NCBI GenBank assembly: GCA_963844035.1
Contig: CAWJMT010000031.1
Span: 32,001 to 96,000 of the forward strand
Source of the DNA: an uncultured Gemmatimonadales bacterium
Lineage (GTDB): Bacteria; Gemmatimonadota; Gemmatimonadetes; Gemmatimonadales; GWC2-71-9
DNA length: 64,000 bases
Direction: 5' to 3'
The notes under the pieces are model-generated. The model did not search any database and was not told the DNA's origin. It worked only from the letters and a program-made list of their open reading frames with translations. The translations under genes were made by a program, and so were the position numbers. Positions 44,401 through 55,067 of this stretch are shown one piece after another. Each line of letters opens with the position of its first letter. The stretch's first letter is position 1.

Positions 44401-45691
44401 GTGACGACGGTAGATGAGGCCCGGGCCGCGCTCGAGCGCGGCCGCCCGGTGGTATTGGTGACGCCCCCCGCGCCGGATCAGGCGGGAGCACTCTGGGACC
44501 TGGTGGGCGCGCCGGGGGAAACCCCCAAGGGAAGTCCCGCGCTGGTCATCGTGTGCGCTGGCGAGGGTTTGCCCGCCGAGTGGGCCGCCGCGGCACCCAG
44601 CGACCGTCGGCTCCACGCCGTCACCGGCCTGCGCCGCAGTGAGCGCTGTCTCCGCGACCTCCCCATCGGCGCGCTCGCCGGCACCGTCGCCGATCTCTCG
44701 GCGCTGCTCTCCCGTTCCGCGCTCAAACTCGACACCGTTTCGACCATCGTGGTCGCCTGGCCCGAGCTGCTCATCACCACCGAGCAGGCGGGCGCGCTCG
44801 ACACGCTCCTGAGCGCCGCCACGAACGCCCGGCGTGTGGTGCTGAGCTGGAATCCCGGCATGCTCAGCGACTTCCTGGAGCGGCACGCCCGCCGCGCCGA
44901 GGTGGTGGGAGGGGCGCCGACGTACGACGGCGCGCCCCTGTCGCCCATCGGACCGGCGCGCTACGTGGTCGCGTCCCGTTCCCGCCACGCCGCGTTGCTC
45001 CAGGACGCACTCGATCTGCTCGATCCGAAGCACCCCTTTCGTCTGGGACGGAGGTCCCTGCGATGCGGGCGATGCTCCCGACGCCGTGTTCTGCCTCCGG
45101 CTGCCCACCCGCGAGCAATTCGCGCTCTTGTCGCAGCGGGGCGAGCCGATCGTGTTCCTGGACGCCTCCCAGCTCCCATACCTCCGTTCGATTGCGGCGC
45201 CGCTCACGCCGGCGCGGCTGCCGTCCGCGGCCGATCGGGCCCAGGACCGCGCGCAGGCTATGCGCACGCGGATCGCACAGCTGCTCGAGACGCGGCAGCC
45301 CGACGGCGAGCTCGCGGTGCTGGCGCCGCTGTTCGAGCGTTTCGATCCCGCCGAGGTCGCGGCGGCTCTCCTCGCGATACTGGGGGACGAGGGACGGGGG
45401 AAGGGGGAAGAGGGCGTTCCCGCCGCCGCACCAGCCACCGGTGGCTCAGTGCGGGTGTTCGTCAACGTCGGCACGAAGGACCGCGCCAGCGCCAAGGACC
45501 TGGTCGGCGCGCTCATCAAGGAAGTAAAGATCGGCAAAGGAGAGATCGGCCACATCGACGTGCGGGAGACGTTCAGCGTCGTCGAGGTCGCCGCGGGGGT
45601 GGCGGAGCGCGTGGTGCGGGACCTGTCGGGCGTGACCATCCGCGGGCGCCGCGCGATGGCGCGTCTGGATCGCTACAACTCGCCCGCGTGA
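44401..45691 (+). CDS. Degenerate DEAD-box-like protein with C-terminal DbpA RNA-binding domain (frameshift near 45040)
   Basis: C-terminal VFVNVGTKD...DLVGAL...IGHIDVRETFSVVEV...TIRGRR is DbpA-like; N-part GTVADLSALLSRSALKLDTVSTIVVAWPE aligns by eye with helicase motifs Ib-II. Confidence 0.7.
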
Positions 45692-45710
45692 TTCGAGTCC
45701 CCAAACACTG

Positions 45711-45736
45711 ACGGGCCGCCCAGCGGGGCGGCCCGT
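45711..45736. terminator. 11-bp stem hairpin between converging genes
   Basis: ACGGGCCGCCC-AGCG-GGGCGGCCCGT. Confidence 0.65.
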
Positions 45737-45770
45737 AATCAGCGCAACCGACGTCTGATGTCTGACGTCT

Positions 45771-46061
45771 CTACTTCTTGTTGTTCACCGCCATCTTGAG
45801 CTGCTTGCCCGCACGAAATGCCGGAGCGATGGACGCCTTGATCTGAATCGCGCCACCGGTCTTGGGATTCCGTCCCATGCGAGCGGCGCGCTTGCGGGCC
45901 TCAAAGTTTCCGAATCCGGTGATCTGCACCTTCGCACCCTTCTTCAACTCGACAGCAATGATGCCCTTGTCATCGAATAGGGCTTCGATTGTCCGACTCG
46001 CGTCGGCCTTGGACATCTTGGTCCGCATCGCCAGCGCCGAGGTCAGCTCAGCTTTGTTCAC
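45771..46061 (-). CDS. hup: HU DNA-binding protein
   Basis: MNKAEL, VQITGFGNF, RAARMGRNPKTG, PAFRAGK. Confidence 0.95.
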   Translation of the reverse strand: MNKAELTSALAMRTKMSKADASRTIEALFDDKGIIAVELKKGAKVQITGFGNFEARKRAARMGRNPKTGGAIQIKASIAPAFRAGKQLKMAVNNKK

Positions 46062-46201
46062 AGAAGGTCTCCTTGATGAGAGTGGGGCGAGAAACCGCAG
46101 GCCCCACGGCCACTATCTGATGGGTACAGCGGAAAAGCCTCATAACTTGGGCACAATATGGGGATATCCCCCGAGAATCCGCAAGATACGGGCACTCTTG
46201 G

Positions 46202-46276
46202 GGGTCAGGTGTCGGGTGTCAGGTGTCAGGTGTCAGGAAGGCAACCCTAGCACCTGACACCTGACACCTGAGCACC
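46202..46276. repeat. Inverted (GGTGTCA)n...(TGACACC)n heptamer element, copy 3
   Basis: ggtcaggtgtcgggtgtcaggtgtcaggtgtcag-N-cacctgacacctgacacctg, between divergent hup and coaE. Confidence 0.9.
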
Positions 46277-46286
46277 TTGTCCCCCC

Positions 46287-47279
46287 ATGCTCAACGTCGC
46301 CCTGACCGGAAACATCGCCGCCGGCAAGTCCACCGTGGTCGGGTTCTTTCGCCGCTGGGGCGCAACGATCATCGACGCCGACCAGCTGGCGCGGGAGGCG
46401 CAGGCGCCGGGCACCGAGGTCCTGGCGGCGATCGTTCGGCGCTTCAGCCAGGGTGTGCTGGCGAGCGACGGCTCGCTCGACCGCGCCGCCCTGCGTTCCA
46501 AGGTGATGGGGGATGAGGCGGCCCTGAGCGACCTGAACGCGATCGTCCATCCGGCGGTGCAGCGGCGGCGCGAGGAGCTGCAGCAGGACGCCGCACGGCG
46601 CGGCGACTTGCTGGTCGTGAACGACATTCCACTCTTGTTCGAAGTCCTCGACCCCACCGAGTTCGACGTGGTCATTCTGGTGGATGCGCCCGTCGCGGTG
46701 CGCCGCACCCGCCTGCGCAACATGCGGGGGCTCTCCCATGAGGATGCCGACCGGATGATCGCCGCCCAGATGCCCGCGGCCCGCAAGCGGCCGCTCAGCC
46801 AGTTCGTGATCGAAGACGCGGGCACGCTTCCGGAGCTCGAGGCGCAGGCCCGCACCGTCCTGCGGGAGCTGCGGCGCCGCGCCGCTACGGAGGCTCTGGG
46901 ACGGCCCGCGCAGACCCTGCTCCTGGTCGCGGCCGACGGCAAGGAGAAACCCCCGGCGTTCGCGGAAATCGGGGCACGCTACGTGGAAGCGGGACTCACG
47001 GTGGAACGGGCCGCCGCCAAGGACGCAGCCGCGCTGACGGCCCGCCTGCGTCCCGACGCCATCGTCGCGACGTCAGGGGCAGCGGCGGCAGCGCGCGCGG
47101 CGTGGGAAGGGATCGGGCGGCCGGGAGCGCTGCTCTACCTGAGCGAGGACCCCGACCCGGTGGCCGTGCGGTTGGATCTGCGCCTGTGGGGCGGCGAGCG
47201 CGTCACGCTCGTCGAAGAGGGTGCCGCCGGTCTGGCGCCGCGGTCCGACCTGTTCCCGGCACCCGACGGATCGGCTTGA
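46287..47279 (+). CDS. coaE: Dephospho-CoA kinase with about 130-aa C-terminal extension
   Basis: LTGNIAAGKST, IIDAD, LDRAAL, LNAIVHP, DIPLLFE, AQM. Confidence 0.9.
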   Translation: MLNVALTGNIAAGKSTVVGFFRRWGATIIDADQLAREAQAPGTEVLAAIVRRFSQGVLASDGSLDRAALRSKVMGDEAALSDLNAIVHPAVQRRREELQQDAARRGDLLVVNDIPLLFEVLDPTEFDVVILVDAPVAVRRTRLRNMRGLSHEDADRMIAAQMPAARKRPLSQFVIEDAGTLPELEAQARTVLRELRRRAATEALGRPAQTLLLVAADGKEKPPAFAEIGARYVEAGLTVERAAAKDAAALTARLRPDAIVATSGAAAAARAAWEGIGRPGALLYLSEDPDPVAVRLDLRLWGGERVTLVEEGAAGLAPRSDLFPAPDGSA

Positions 47280-47304
47280 CACCCATTCTTGGCCCCGGTA
47301 ACCT
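47276..47304 (+). promoter_or_regulatory. Sigma70-type promoter for gcvH-gcvP
   Basis: TTGACA (47276-47281), 17 nt, TAACCT (47299-47304). Confidence 0.65.
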
Positions 47305-47350
47305 TCCGCGCTCACCGCACACCCCAGACGCGAGCCCTCGGCGACCCTGA

Positions 47351-47740
47351 ATGTCGAAGATTCCCGACGATCTCCGTTACACCGAGGACCACGAGTACGT
47401 CAAAACGTCCGCCGACGCGAACGTCGTGCACGTGGGGATCACCGACCACGCGCAGAGCGAGTTGGGCGACGTCGTGTACGTCGAGCTCCCCAAGGTCGGT
47501 GCCACCCTCGCCGGCGGCGAAGCGTTCGGAACCATCGAGGCGGTGAAGGCGGTTTCGGATTTGCTCACGCCGGTCGCCGGAACCGTCACGGCGGTCAACG
47601 ATGCGATCGCGGGCGACCCCGCGGTGGTGAATCGCGATCCGTACGGCGCTGGCTGGATGATCAAGCTCCGGGTCAAAGATCCGGCGGAGCTCAAAACCCT
47701 GCTCGGCAGCGCGGAGTACAAGAAGCACGTTGGAGAGTAG
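47351..47740 (+). CDS. gcvH: Glycine cleavage system H protein
   Basis: YTEDHEY, GITDHAQSELGDVVYVELP, IEAVKAVSD lipoyl-Lys motif, VNRDPYGAGW. Confidence 0.96.
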   Translation: MSKIPDDLRYTEDHEYVKTSADANVVHVGITDHAQSELGDVVYVELPKVGATLAGGEAFGTIEAVKAVSDLLTPVAGTVTAVNDAIAGDPAVVNRDPYGAGWMIKLRVKDPAELKTLLGSAEYKKHVGE

Positions 47741-47775
47741 GTCCCTCCTGATGCCTCGCCACGAGGTCTAGTCGT

Positions 47776-50676
47776 ATGCCCACAGCACACGCATCCCTGC
47801 TGGCTGCTGATTCGTTCGAGCTCCGTCACCTAGGGCCCCGTCCCAGCGACGTGGACGAGATGGTCCGCACGCTCGGCCATAACACGCTCGACGAGTTCAT
47901 CGCGGCGGTGGTGCCGGAGGACATCCGGCTGAAGCAGCCGCTTGCCCTGCCCCCGGGCCGGGGTGAGGGCGAGGTGCTCCAGGCGCTGCGCGGGATGGCG
48001 TCGCAGAACAAGGTGTTCCGGTCGTTCATCGGGATGGGCTATTACCCCTGCTTCACGCCGCAGGTGATCCAGCGCAACGTGATGGAAAACGCCGGCTGGT
48101 ACACGGCCTATACGCCGTACCAGGCAGAGATCGCGCAGGGGCGGCTCGAGGCGTTGCTCAACTACCAGACGATGGTGTCCGACCTGACGGGCCTGGAAAT
48201 CGCCAACGCCTCGCTGCTCGATGAGTCCACGGCGGCTGCCGAGGCGATGCATCTCACCGAAGCGGCGACCAAGCACGACGGGGATCTTGTGTACCTCGTG
48301 TCCGCAGGATGCCACCCCCAGACGATCGCTGTGGTGCGCACCCGCGCCGAGGTGCGCGGGATCAAGGTGGTGGTCGCCGACCCGGCGACGTTCACGTTCG
48401 GTCCCGGTGTGATGGGCGCGCTGTTGCAGTATCCCGCGACCGACGGCAAGGTCTCGGACTACCGCAAGTTGTGCGAGGCGGCGCACGCGGCAGGCGCGCT
48501 CGTGGCAGTCGCCACCGACCTGCTGGCGCTCACGCTGCTCATGCCTCCCGGAGAATGGGGAGCCGACATCGCGGTGGGGTCGAGCCAGCGGTTCGGCGTA
48601 CAGATGGAATACGGCGGCCCGCACGCGGCGTTCTTCGCCACGCGGGACGCGTACAAGCGCCACCTCCCCGGCCGCATCATCGGCGTGTCGAAAGATCCGG
48701 AAGGGCGGCCGGCGCTCCGCATGGCGCTGCAGACGCGGGAGCAGCACATCCGCCGCGAGAAGGCGACGAGCAATGTCTGCACGGCGCAGGTGCTGCTGGC
48801 GGTGATGGCGAGCATGTACGCGGTGTACCACGGCCCGGAGGGGTTGCTGCGCATCGCGCAGCGCGTTCACACGCTGACGGTCCTGCTCGCCACGGCGCTG
48901 AAGCGCCTGGGCTACCGGATCGTGCACACGGCGTACTTCGATACGCTGTGCGTTGAAGTCGAGCGGTGGGCCTTGCCCCGGTTGCTCGACGCGGCGCGCG
49001 CGCGCGGCATCAACCTGCGTACCATCGACGCCACGCACCTCGGCATCGCCCTGGACGAGCCCACCACCCTGGGCGATCTGGCGGACCTCGTCACCGTGTT
49101 CTCGCTGAACGAGGTGCTGCCGTTCATGGTGGAGGACCTGGGCGCCAAGGCGAGCACGGCGATCCCCGAGGTGTTGCGGCGGACGTCGCCCTACCTGACG
49201 CATCCGGTGTTCCACAAGCACCGCTCGGAAACGCAGATGCTGCGCTACATCGAGCAGCTGGAAGCCCGGGACCTCTCGCTCACGGTCGCGATGATCCCGC
49301 TCGGCTCCTGCACCATGAAGCTCAACGCCACGTTCGAGATGGCGCCGGTCTCGTGGCGCGAGTGGAACCAGCTGCATCCGTTCGCGCCCCGCGAGCAGGC
49401 GCAGGGCTACCAGATGCTGTTCCACCAGCTCGAGGACCAGCTCTCCGAGATCACCGGGTTCCCCAAGGTGTCGCTGCAGCCCAACTCGGGCGCCCAGGGA
49501 GAGTTCGCCGGGCTGCTGGTGCTGCGCGCCTACCACGCGTCGCGCGGCGAGGCGCATCGCAACACCTGCCTGATCCCCGTGTCGGCCCACGGCACCAACC
49601 CCGCGAGCGCCGTGATGGCGGGGCTCAAGGTGGTGCCGGTGCAATCGGACGAGCACGGCAACATCGACGTCGCCGATTTGCGCGCCAAGGCCGCGAAGCA
49701 CCGCGACACGCTGGCGGCGCTGATGGTGACCTATCCGTCCACCCACGGGGTGTTCGAGTCCACGATCCGGGACATTTGCGCCATCGTGCATTCACACGGC
49801 GGCCAGGTGTACATGGACGGCGCCAACATGAATGCGCAGGTGGGACTGTGCCGCCCCGCTGACTTCGGCGCCGACGTCTGCCATCTGAACCTGCACAAGA
49901 CGTTCTGTATCCCGCACGGCGGCGGGGGCCCGGGGATGGGGCCGATCTGCGTGGCCGAGCATCTCGGGCCGTTCCTGCCCGACCACCCGGTCGTGCCGCT
50001 GGGGCATGCGCAGTCGTGCGGCACGGTGTCCGCCGCCCCGTGGGGCAGCGCCGCGATCCTGCCGATCTCCTGGGCCTACATCGCCGCGATGGGACGCGGC
50101 GGGCTGGCGCAGGCGACCAAGGTCGCGATTCTCAACGCCAACTACATCGCGCGCCGGCTCGCCGGTCATTACAACCTGCTCTACTCCGGCCAGCACGGGT
50201 TCGTGGCGCACGAGTGCATCATCGACACGCGTCCGTTCAAGCAATCGGCCGGCGTGGAGGTAGAGGACATCGCGAAACGCATCATCGACTACGGCTTCCA
50301 CCCGCCGACCGTGTCGTTCCCGGAGGCCGGAACCCTGATGATCGAGCCGACCGAGAGCGAGTCGCGGGAAGAGCTCGACCGGTTCTGCGACGCCATGATC
50401 GCGATCCGCGAGGAGATCCGCGAAATCGAAGAAGGACGGATGCCGCGCGGCAACAACGTCCTCACTCACGCGCCGCACACCCTCGAAGACCTGGTCAGGG
50501 ACCAGTGGGACCGGCCCTACTCGCGGGAGCGAGCCGGCTTCCCGGCACCTCACAATCGCCGCCACAAGGTGTGGCCGGCGGTCGGCCGCGTGGACGCCGC
50601 GTCGGGCGACCGGAATCTCGTGTGTGTGTGTCCGCCGATGGAGACGTATACGGAAGAAGCGGCGGTAGGAGACTAG
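47776..50676 (+). CDS. gcvP: Glycine dehydrogenase (decarboxylating), single-chain P protein
   Basis: [64 protein letters not shown]. Confidence 0.97.
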   Translation: MPTAHASLLAADSFELRHLGPRPSDVDEMVRTLGHNTLDEFIAAVVPEDIRLKQPLALPPGRGEGEVLQALRGMASQNKVFRSFIGMGYYPCFTPQVIQRNVMENAGWYTAYTPYQAEIAQGRLEALLNYQTMVSDLTGLEIANASLLDESTAAAEAMHLTEAATKHDGDLVYLVSAGCHPQTIAVVRTRAEVRGIKVVVADPATFTFGPGVMGALLQYPATDGKVSDYRKLCEAAHAAGALVAVATDLLALTLLMPPGEWGADIAVGSSQRFGVQMEYGGPHAAFFATRDAYKRHLPGRIIGVSKDPEGRPALRMALQTREQHIRREKATSNVCTAQVLLAVMASMYAVYHGPEGLLRIAQRVHTLTVLLATALKRLGYRIVHTAYFDTLCVEVERWALPRLLDAARARGINLRTIDATHLGIALDEPTTLGDLADLVTVFSLNEVLPFMVEDLGAKASTAIPEVLRRTSPYLTHPVFHKHRSETQMLRYIEQLEARDLSLTVAMIPLGSCTMKLNATFEMAPVSWREWNQLHPFAPREQAQGYQMLFHQLEDQLSEITGFPKVSLQPNSGAQGEFAGLLVLRAYHASRGEAHRNTCLIPVSAHGTNPASAVMAGLKVVPVQSDEHGNIDVADLRAKAAKHRDTLAALMVTYPSTHGVFESTIRDICAIVHSHGGQVYMDGANMNAQVGLCRPADFGADVCHLNLHKTFCIPHGGGGPGMGPICVAEHLGPFLPDHPVVPLGHAQSCGTVSAAPWGSAAILPISWAYIAAMGRGGLAQATKVAILNANYIARRLAGHYNLLYSGQHGFVAHECIIDTRPFKQSAGVEVEDIAKRIIDYGFHPPTVSFPEAGTLMIEPTESESREELDRFCDAMIAIREEIREIEEGRMPRGNNVLTHAPHTLEDLVRDQWDRPYSRERAGFPAPHNRRHKVWPAVGRVDAASGDRNLVCVCPPMETYTEEAAVGD

Positions 50677-50709
50677 GCGGGCAGGCGGGCGGGCGGGAAG
50701 GCGGGAAGC

Positions 50710-51486
50710 ATGGCGCAGCAGGTTCTCACCGCAGCACAATGGCAAGTCGTCATCGACCCTGCCGGCCGTTCGGGCGCCGAGAACATGGCGATCGATCAAT
50801 CTCTGCTCGACGAGGCCGAGAGATCCGGCTCCGCCACGCTGCGCCTGTACCGCTGGGACCCGCCCTGCCTTTCCTTCGGTCGCAACGACGCCGCGACCGC
50901 CCTCTACGACCGCACCAAAATAGAAGAGCTCGGGATCGACGTAGTGCGGCGGCCCACCGGCGGCAGCGCCGTGTGGCACGAGCACGAAGTCACCTATGCC
51001 GTAGCGGCCCCGATTGATGCGTTCGGCTCGCTACGCGACGCCTACCTCGCGATTCACCGGCGGCTCGCCGCCGCGCTGCAATCCCTGGGCGCCGACGTCA
51101 CGCTCGCACCGAAGGCACGACCCGCCCTCCCGCCTACCCGCCCTCCCGCCTGCTTCGCCTCACCCGTCGGCGGCGAAATCCTGGTCCGCGGCCGCAAGCT
51201 GGTCGGCTCCGCGCAGGTCCGGCAACGCGGCGCGTTCCTGCAGCATGGGTCGATTCTGCTGGATGGATCGCAGGAAATGCTTAAAGCCGTCAGCCTTCAG
51301 ACGTCAGACGTCAGCGGCGCCGTAACGCTGTCTGAGGCGCTTGGCCGAGAGATCACGTTTCAAGAGGTCGCGGAGGCGGTCGTCGCGGCATTTTCCGACC
51401 GCCTGACCGCCGCCTCATCCGACCGCCGCTCCACGCGACCGCCGCATGGCCCCTTTCTCGACCCCTCCTGGACCTGGCGCCGCTAG
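50710..51486 (+). CDS. Lipoate/octanoate-protein ligase (LplA/LipM-like)
   Basis: NMAIDQSL, LRLYRW, VRRPTGGSAVWH, CF, RKLVGSAQ, LQHGSI; follows gcvH/gcvP. Confidence 0.9.
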   Translation: MAQQVLTAAQWQVVIDPAGRSGAENMAIDQSLLDEAERSGSATLRLYRWDPPCLSFGRNDAATALYDRTKIEELGIDVVRRPTGGSAVWHEHEVTYAVAAPIDAFGSLRDAYLAIHRRLAAALQSLGADVTLAPKARPALPPTRPPACFASPVGGEILVRGRKLVGSAQVRQRGAFLQHGSILLDGSQEMLKAVSLQTSDVSGAVTLSEALGREITFQEVAEAVVAAFSDRLTAASSDRRSTRPPHGPFLDPSWTWRR

Positions 51487-51510
51487 AGCGGCGGCACAAT
51501 CTTAGGCGCC

Positions 51511-53169
51511 ATGCCACAACGTGGGGGCGCCGCACTGCTGGGCTTGCTCGCCCTGGTCCTCGCCGGATGCGAGCGCAAGGCCGGCTGCACCGGTGAATAC
51601 TGCGGCACGCTGGTGTTCGCCTCGATTGGCGAGCCCGAAGCACTGCTCCCGCCGGTGGTGCAAACGAGCTCGGGCCGCGACGTCAGCGACCAGCTGTTCC
51701 TGAAGCTGGCTGACTTGGGGCTACTCACCAACACGGTCGGCGACGAGGATTTCACGCCGCAGCTCTCCGATCGCTGGGAGTGGGAAGGCCCCCTGACGCT
51801 GGCGTTTCACATCGACCCGCGGGCGCGCTGGCACGACGGCCGGCGGGTGACCGCGGCGGACGTCGTCTTCACCTACGACGCCTACGTCGATCCGCGCGTC
51901 GGCTCCCCATTCCGCACATCGCTGCGCTGGATCAGCGCCGTGACGCTGCGCGACTCGCTCACCGCCGTGTTCCGCTTCCGGCGGCGCTACCCGGAAATGT
52001 TCTACGATGCCGTGTACCACATGCGCATCCTCCCCGGGCACCTGCTGCGCAACCTGCCACGGGACCAGTGGCAGACGGCGCCGTTCGGACGCGCCCCGGT
52101 CGGAGACGGCCCGTATCGCTTCGCGGCGTGGAAGGCGGGTGAAAGCCTGGAGCTCGTGGCCGACTCGACTTTCTATCTGGGGCGGCCGTACATCCCGCGC
52201 CTGATCTGGCGGTTCACGCCCGACCTCCAGGTGGCGGTCACCCAGCTCGTCGCCGGCGAGGCGGACGCGATCGAAGTGCTGGTGTCGCCCGACAACGTCG
52301 CCCGGGTGAAAGCGGCGCCGCATCTCGCCACCTATCCCTACAAAGGCGCGGCGTACGGCTACCTGGGATTCAACCTGGCGGCGAACGGCGACTCGACCAA
52401 GCCGCATCCGTTGTTCAGCGACCGGGATGTCCGGCGGGCGCTGACCATGGCGACCGATCGCGGGCGGCTGCTCAAGAGCGTGTTCGCGGACAACGCCAAG
52501 GTGCCCCCCGGCCCGATGTCGCAGCTGTGGTCGATCTGGGACCCCGAGATCCGCGAGCTCCCGTACGACACGTCGCAGGCAGGTCGCGTGCTCGCGACGA
52601 AGGGGTGGATCGACTCCGATGGCGACGGGATCCGGGATCGCAACGGTGCGAAGCTCACGTTCCGCCTGCTCGTACCCACGAGCAGCGCGGTACGGCGCGG
52701 GTACGCCCGGCTGGTTCAGGAAGAGTTCCGCCGCATCGGGGTCGAGGTACAGATCGACGAGGTGGAGTTCAGCGTGTTCGCGCAGCGCGCGCAGGCGGGC
52801 CAGTTCGACGCGCTGATCCAGACGTGGAACACCGACCCGACGCCGTCATCCGGCATTAACCAGACCTGGACCCAGGGCGGGATCGGGAAGTCCAACTACC
52901 TGCGATACGCCAGCGCCCAGTTCGACCGGCTGGTCGAGGAAGCGGGCACGACCTTCGACCGGGCCGCGGCGCAGCGCAGCTGGCGCGAGGCGATGGAGCT
53001 GATCAACCAGGATGCCCCGGCGATCTTCCTGTTTGCCGTACAGAATGTGGCCGCGGTTCACCAGCGGGTCAGCAACGTGACGATCCGTCCCGACTCGTGG
53101 TGGGCCCTGGTGCGCACCTGGCGGATCCCCCCCGACCGCCGGATCGACCGCGACCGCGTGGAGCGTTAG
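51511..53169 (+). CDS. Peptide ABC transporter substrate-binding lipoprotein (SBP family 5)
   Basis: LAGC lipobox, WHDG..VTAADVVFT, PVGDGPY, DVRRAL, GWIDSDGDGIRD. Confidence 0.9.
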   Translation: MPQRGGAALLGLLALVLAGCERKAGCTGEYCGTLVFASIGEPEALLPPVVQTSSGRDVSDQLFLKLADLGLLTNTVGDEDFTPQLSDRWEWEGPLTLAFHIDPRARWHDGRRVTAADVVFTYDAYVDPRVGSPFRTSLRWISAVTLRDSLTAVFRFRRRYPEMFYDAVYHMRILPGHLLRNLPRDQWQTAPFGRAPVGDGPYRFAAWKAGESLELVADSTFYLGRPYIPRLIWRFTPDLQVAVTQLVAGEADAIEVLVSPDNVARVKAAPHLATYPYKGAAYGYLGFNLAANGDSTKPHPLFSDRDVRRALTMATDRGRLLKSVFADNAKVPPGPMSQLWSIWDPEIRELPYDTSQAGRVLATKGWIDSDGDGIRDRNGAKLTFRLLVPTSSAVRRGYARLVQEEFRRIGVEVQIDEVEFSVFAQRAQAGQFDALIQTWNTDPTPSSGINQTWTQGGIGKSNYLRYASAQFDRLVEEAGTTFDRAAAQRSWREAMELINQDAPAIFLFAVQNVAAVHQRVSNVTIRPDSWWALVRTWRIPPDRRIDRDRVER

Positions 53170-54144
53170 GTGAGCACGTGGCTGCTGCGGCGCGTCGCCG
53201 CGTCGTTGGCCATCGTGTTCGCGGTCGTCACCCTCACCTTCGTCCTGGTTCATCTCGCACCGGGGAAGCCGTTCCTGCCCGGCGCCGAGACGCCGATCGA
53301 CCCCGAAGTGGTGGCGCACCTGGACACCCTGTACGGACTCCACCAACGGATCCCGGTGCAGTACGCCAAGTACCTCGCCGCGCTCGCGCGTGGCCAGATG
53401 GGCCAGTCGTTCGCGCTGCACCGCCCCGTCGCCGATGCGCTCGCCGACGCGATCCCGAATACGCTCGCGCTGACCGGCGTCGCGCTCGCCATCGATCTGC
53501 TGCTCGGTCTCGCGCTCGGTGTGTACCAGGCGGTGCGTGCCCGCCGCCTCCCCGATGCGGCGCTCGGATACGCCACGCTGTTTCTGAACTCGGTGCCGAC
53601 ATTCTGGCTCGGGCTGCTGGTCCTGCTGGTGTTCGGCGAGTGGCTGCACTGGTTTCCCGTGGGGGGCGTGGTCGACCCGGTGCTGCACAGCTCGCTCCCG
53701 TGGGGGGGCCGGGTGGCCGACCGGCTCTGGCACCTCGCGCTCCCCGCGCTCACGCTGGGGTGCGTCGGCGCCGCCGGCACCGCGCGCTATCAGCGCGCCG
53801 CGGTCCTCGAGGTCATCGCGCAGGACTACGTGCGCACCGCGCGCGCCAAGGGCCTGCGCGAGCGCCGGGTGGTGCTGGTCCACGCGCTCCGCAACGCACT
53901 GCTGCCGCTCGTCACGTTGTTCGGACTGTCGTTCCCGTTCCTGTTGACGGGTGCGGTGCTGGTGGAAACGGTGTTCGCGTGGCCGGGGATGGGGAAGCTG
54001 GCGGCGGACGCCATCTTCCGGCGCGATTATCCGGTGGTCATGGCGGCCGCGATCTGCGCCAGCTGCCTGGTCGTCCTGGGCAACCTCCTGGCTGATGTGC
54101 TGTACGCCGTCGCGGACCCCCGCATCCGGGTGCAAGACGGGTGA
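53170..54144 (+). CDS. Peptide ABC transporter permease (OppB/DppB-like)
   Basis: QDYVRTARAKGL, HALRNA, VETVFAWPGMG, RDYP, DPRI. Confidence 0.92.
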   Translation: MSTWLLRRVAASLAIVFAVVTLTFVLVHLAPGKPFLPGAETPIDPEVVAHLDTLYGLHQRIPVQYAKYLAALARGQMGQSFALHRPVADALADAIPNTLALTGVALAIDLLLGLALGVYQAVRARRLPDAALGYATLFLNSVPTFWLGLLVLLVFGEWLHWFPVGGVVDPVLHSSLPWGGRVADRLWHLALPALTLGCVGAAGTARYQRAAVLEVIAQDYVRTARAKGLRERRVVLVHALRNALLPLVTLFGLSFPFLLTGAVLVETVFAWPGMGKLAADAIFRRDYPVVMAAAICASCLVVLGNLLADVLYAVADPRIRVQDG

Positions 54145-55067
54145 GCACCCGCTCCATGATGGCACTGCTCGGTGCCATCGCGCTCGCATTCTTCGTGGTG
54201 GGGACGGTGCGGCGTCGCACCGCGGCCAGCTCCGCCGGGCGGCGCTTCTTCAATAACACGCCCGCCGCGTGGGGCCTGTTCGTCTTGACGTTCTTCACCG
54301 CCGTGGCACTCGCCGCCCCGTGGGTGGCGCCCTACAACCCCTCGGTCCAGCTCGAGATCGTGACGCTCAAGAACCAGGCCCCTTCCCTGCTCCACCCCCT
54401 CGGCACCGATCTCTACAGCCGCGACGTGTGGAGCCGGCTCGCCTACGGCGCGCGCGTCTCGCTCGGCATCGCGGCGCTCGCCATGCTCGTGGCCATCACG
54501 CTCGGCGCGCTCGTCGGCGCGGTCGCCGGGTACGTGCGCAGCTGGGTGGACACCGTATTGATGCGCGCGGTGGACGTGGGGCTCGCGATCCCCCGCATCT
54601 TCCTCTTGTTGATGGCGATCGCGTTGTGGGAGCGGCTGCCGCTCTGGTTGCTGGTGCTCGTCATCGGCGTAACCGGCTGGTTCGGCACCAGCCGGCTGGT
54701 GCGGGCCGAAGTGCTCACGCTGCGCGAGCGCGACTTCGTCGCCGCCGCGCGCGCGCTCGGCGCCGGGCCGATGCGCATCATCATGCGGCACGTGCTCCCC
54801 AACGTCGCGGCGCCGATCATCGTTTCGGCGGCGCTCGGGATCGGCAACGTGATGTTGCTCGAGGCCGGTCTCTCATTCCTCGGCATCGGCGTCCAGCCCC
54901 CGCTGCCGAGCTGGGGCAACATGATCGCCGACGGCGCGCCCCAGCTCTCCACCGCGTGGTGGACCACCCTGTTCCCCGGGGTCACGATCGCGTTGGTCGT
55001 GATGTCGCTCCACGCCGTGGGTGACGCGCTGCGCGACGCCTTGGACCCGCGCCGGGCTGCCGCGTGA
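54141..55067 (+). CDS. Peptide ABC transporter permease (OppC/DppC-like)
   Basis: [39 protein letters not shown]. Confidence 0.92.
   Translation: MSTRSMMALLGAIALAFFVVGTVRRRTAASSAGRRFFNNTPAAWGLFVLTFFTAVALAAPWVAPYNPSVQLEIVTLKNQAPSLLHPLGTDLYSRDVWSRLAYGARVSLGIAALAMLVAITLGALVGAVAGYVRSWVDTVLMRAVDVGLAIPRIFLLLMAIALWERLPLWLLVLVIGVTGWFGTSRLVRAEVLTLRERDFVAAARALGAGPMRIIMRHVLPNVAAPIIVSAALGIGNVMLLEAGLSFLGIGVQPPLPSWGNMIADGAPQLSTAWWTTLFPGVTIALVVMSLHAVGDALRDALDPRRAAA

Noticed and set aside
47280..47350. Glycine riboswitch before gcvH
   Set aside because: The leader after the predicted promoter is only about 40 nt and shows no aptamer motifs. gcvT is not in the window and is presumably elsewhere.
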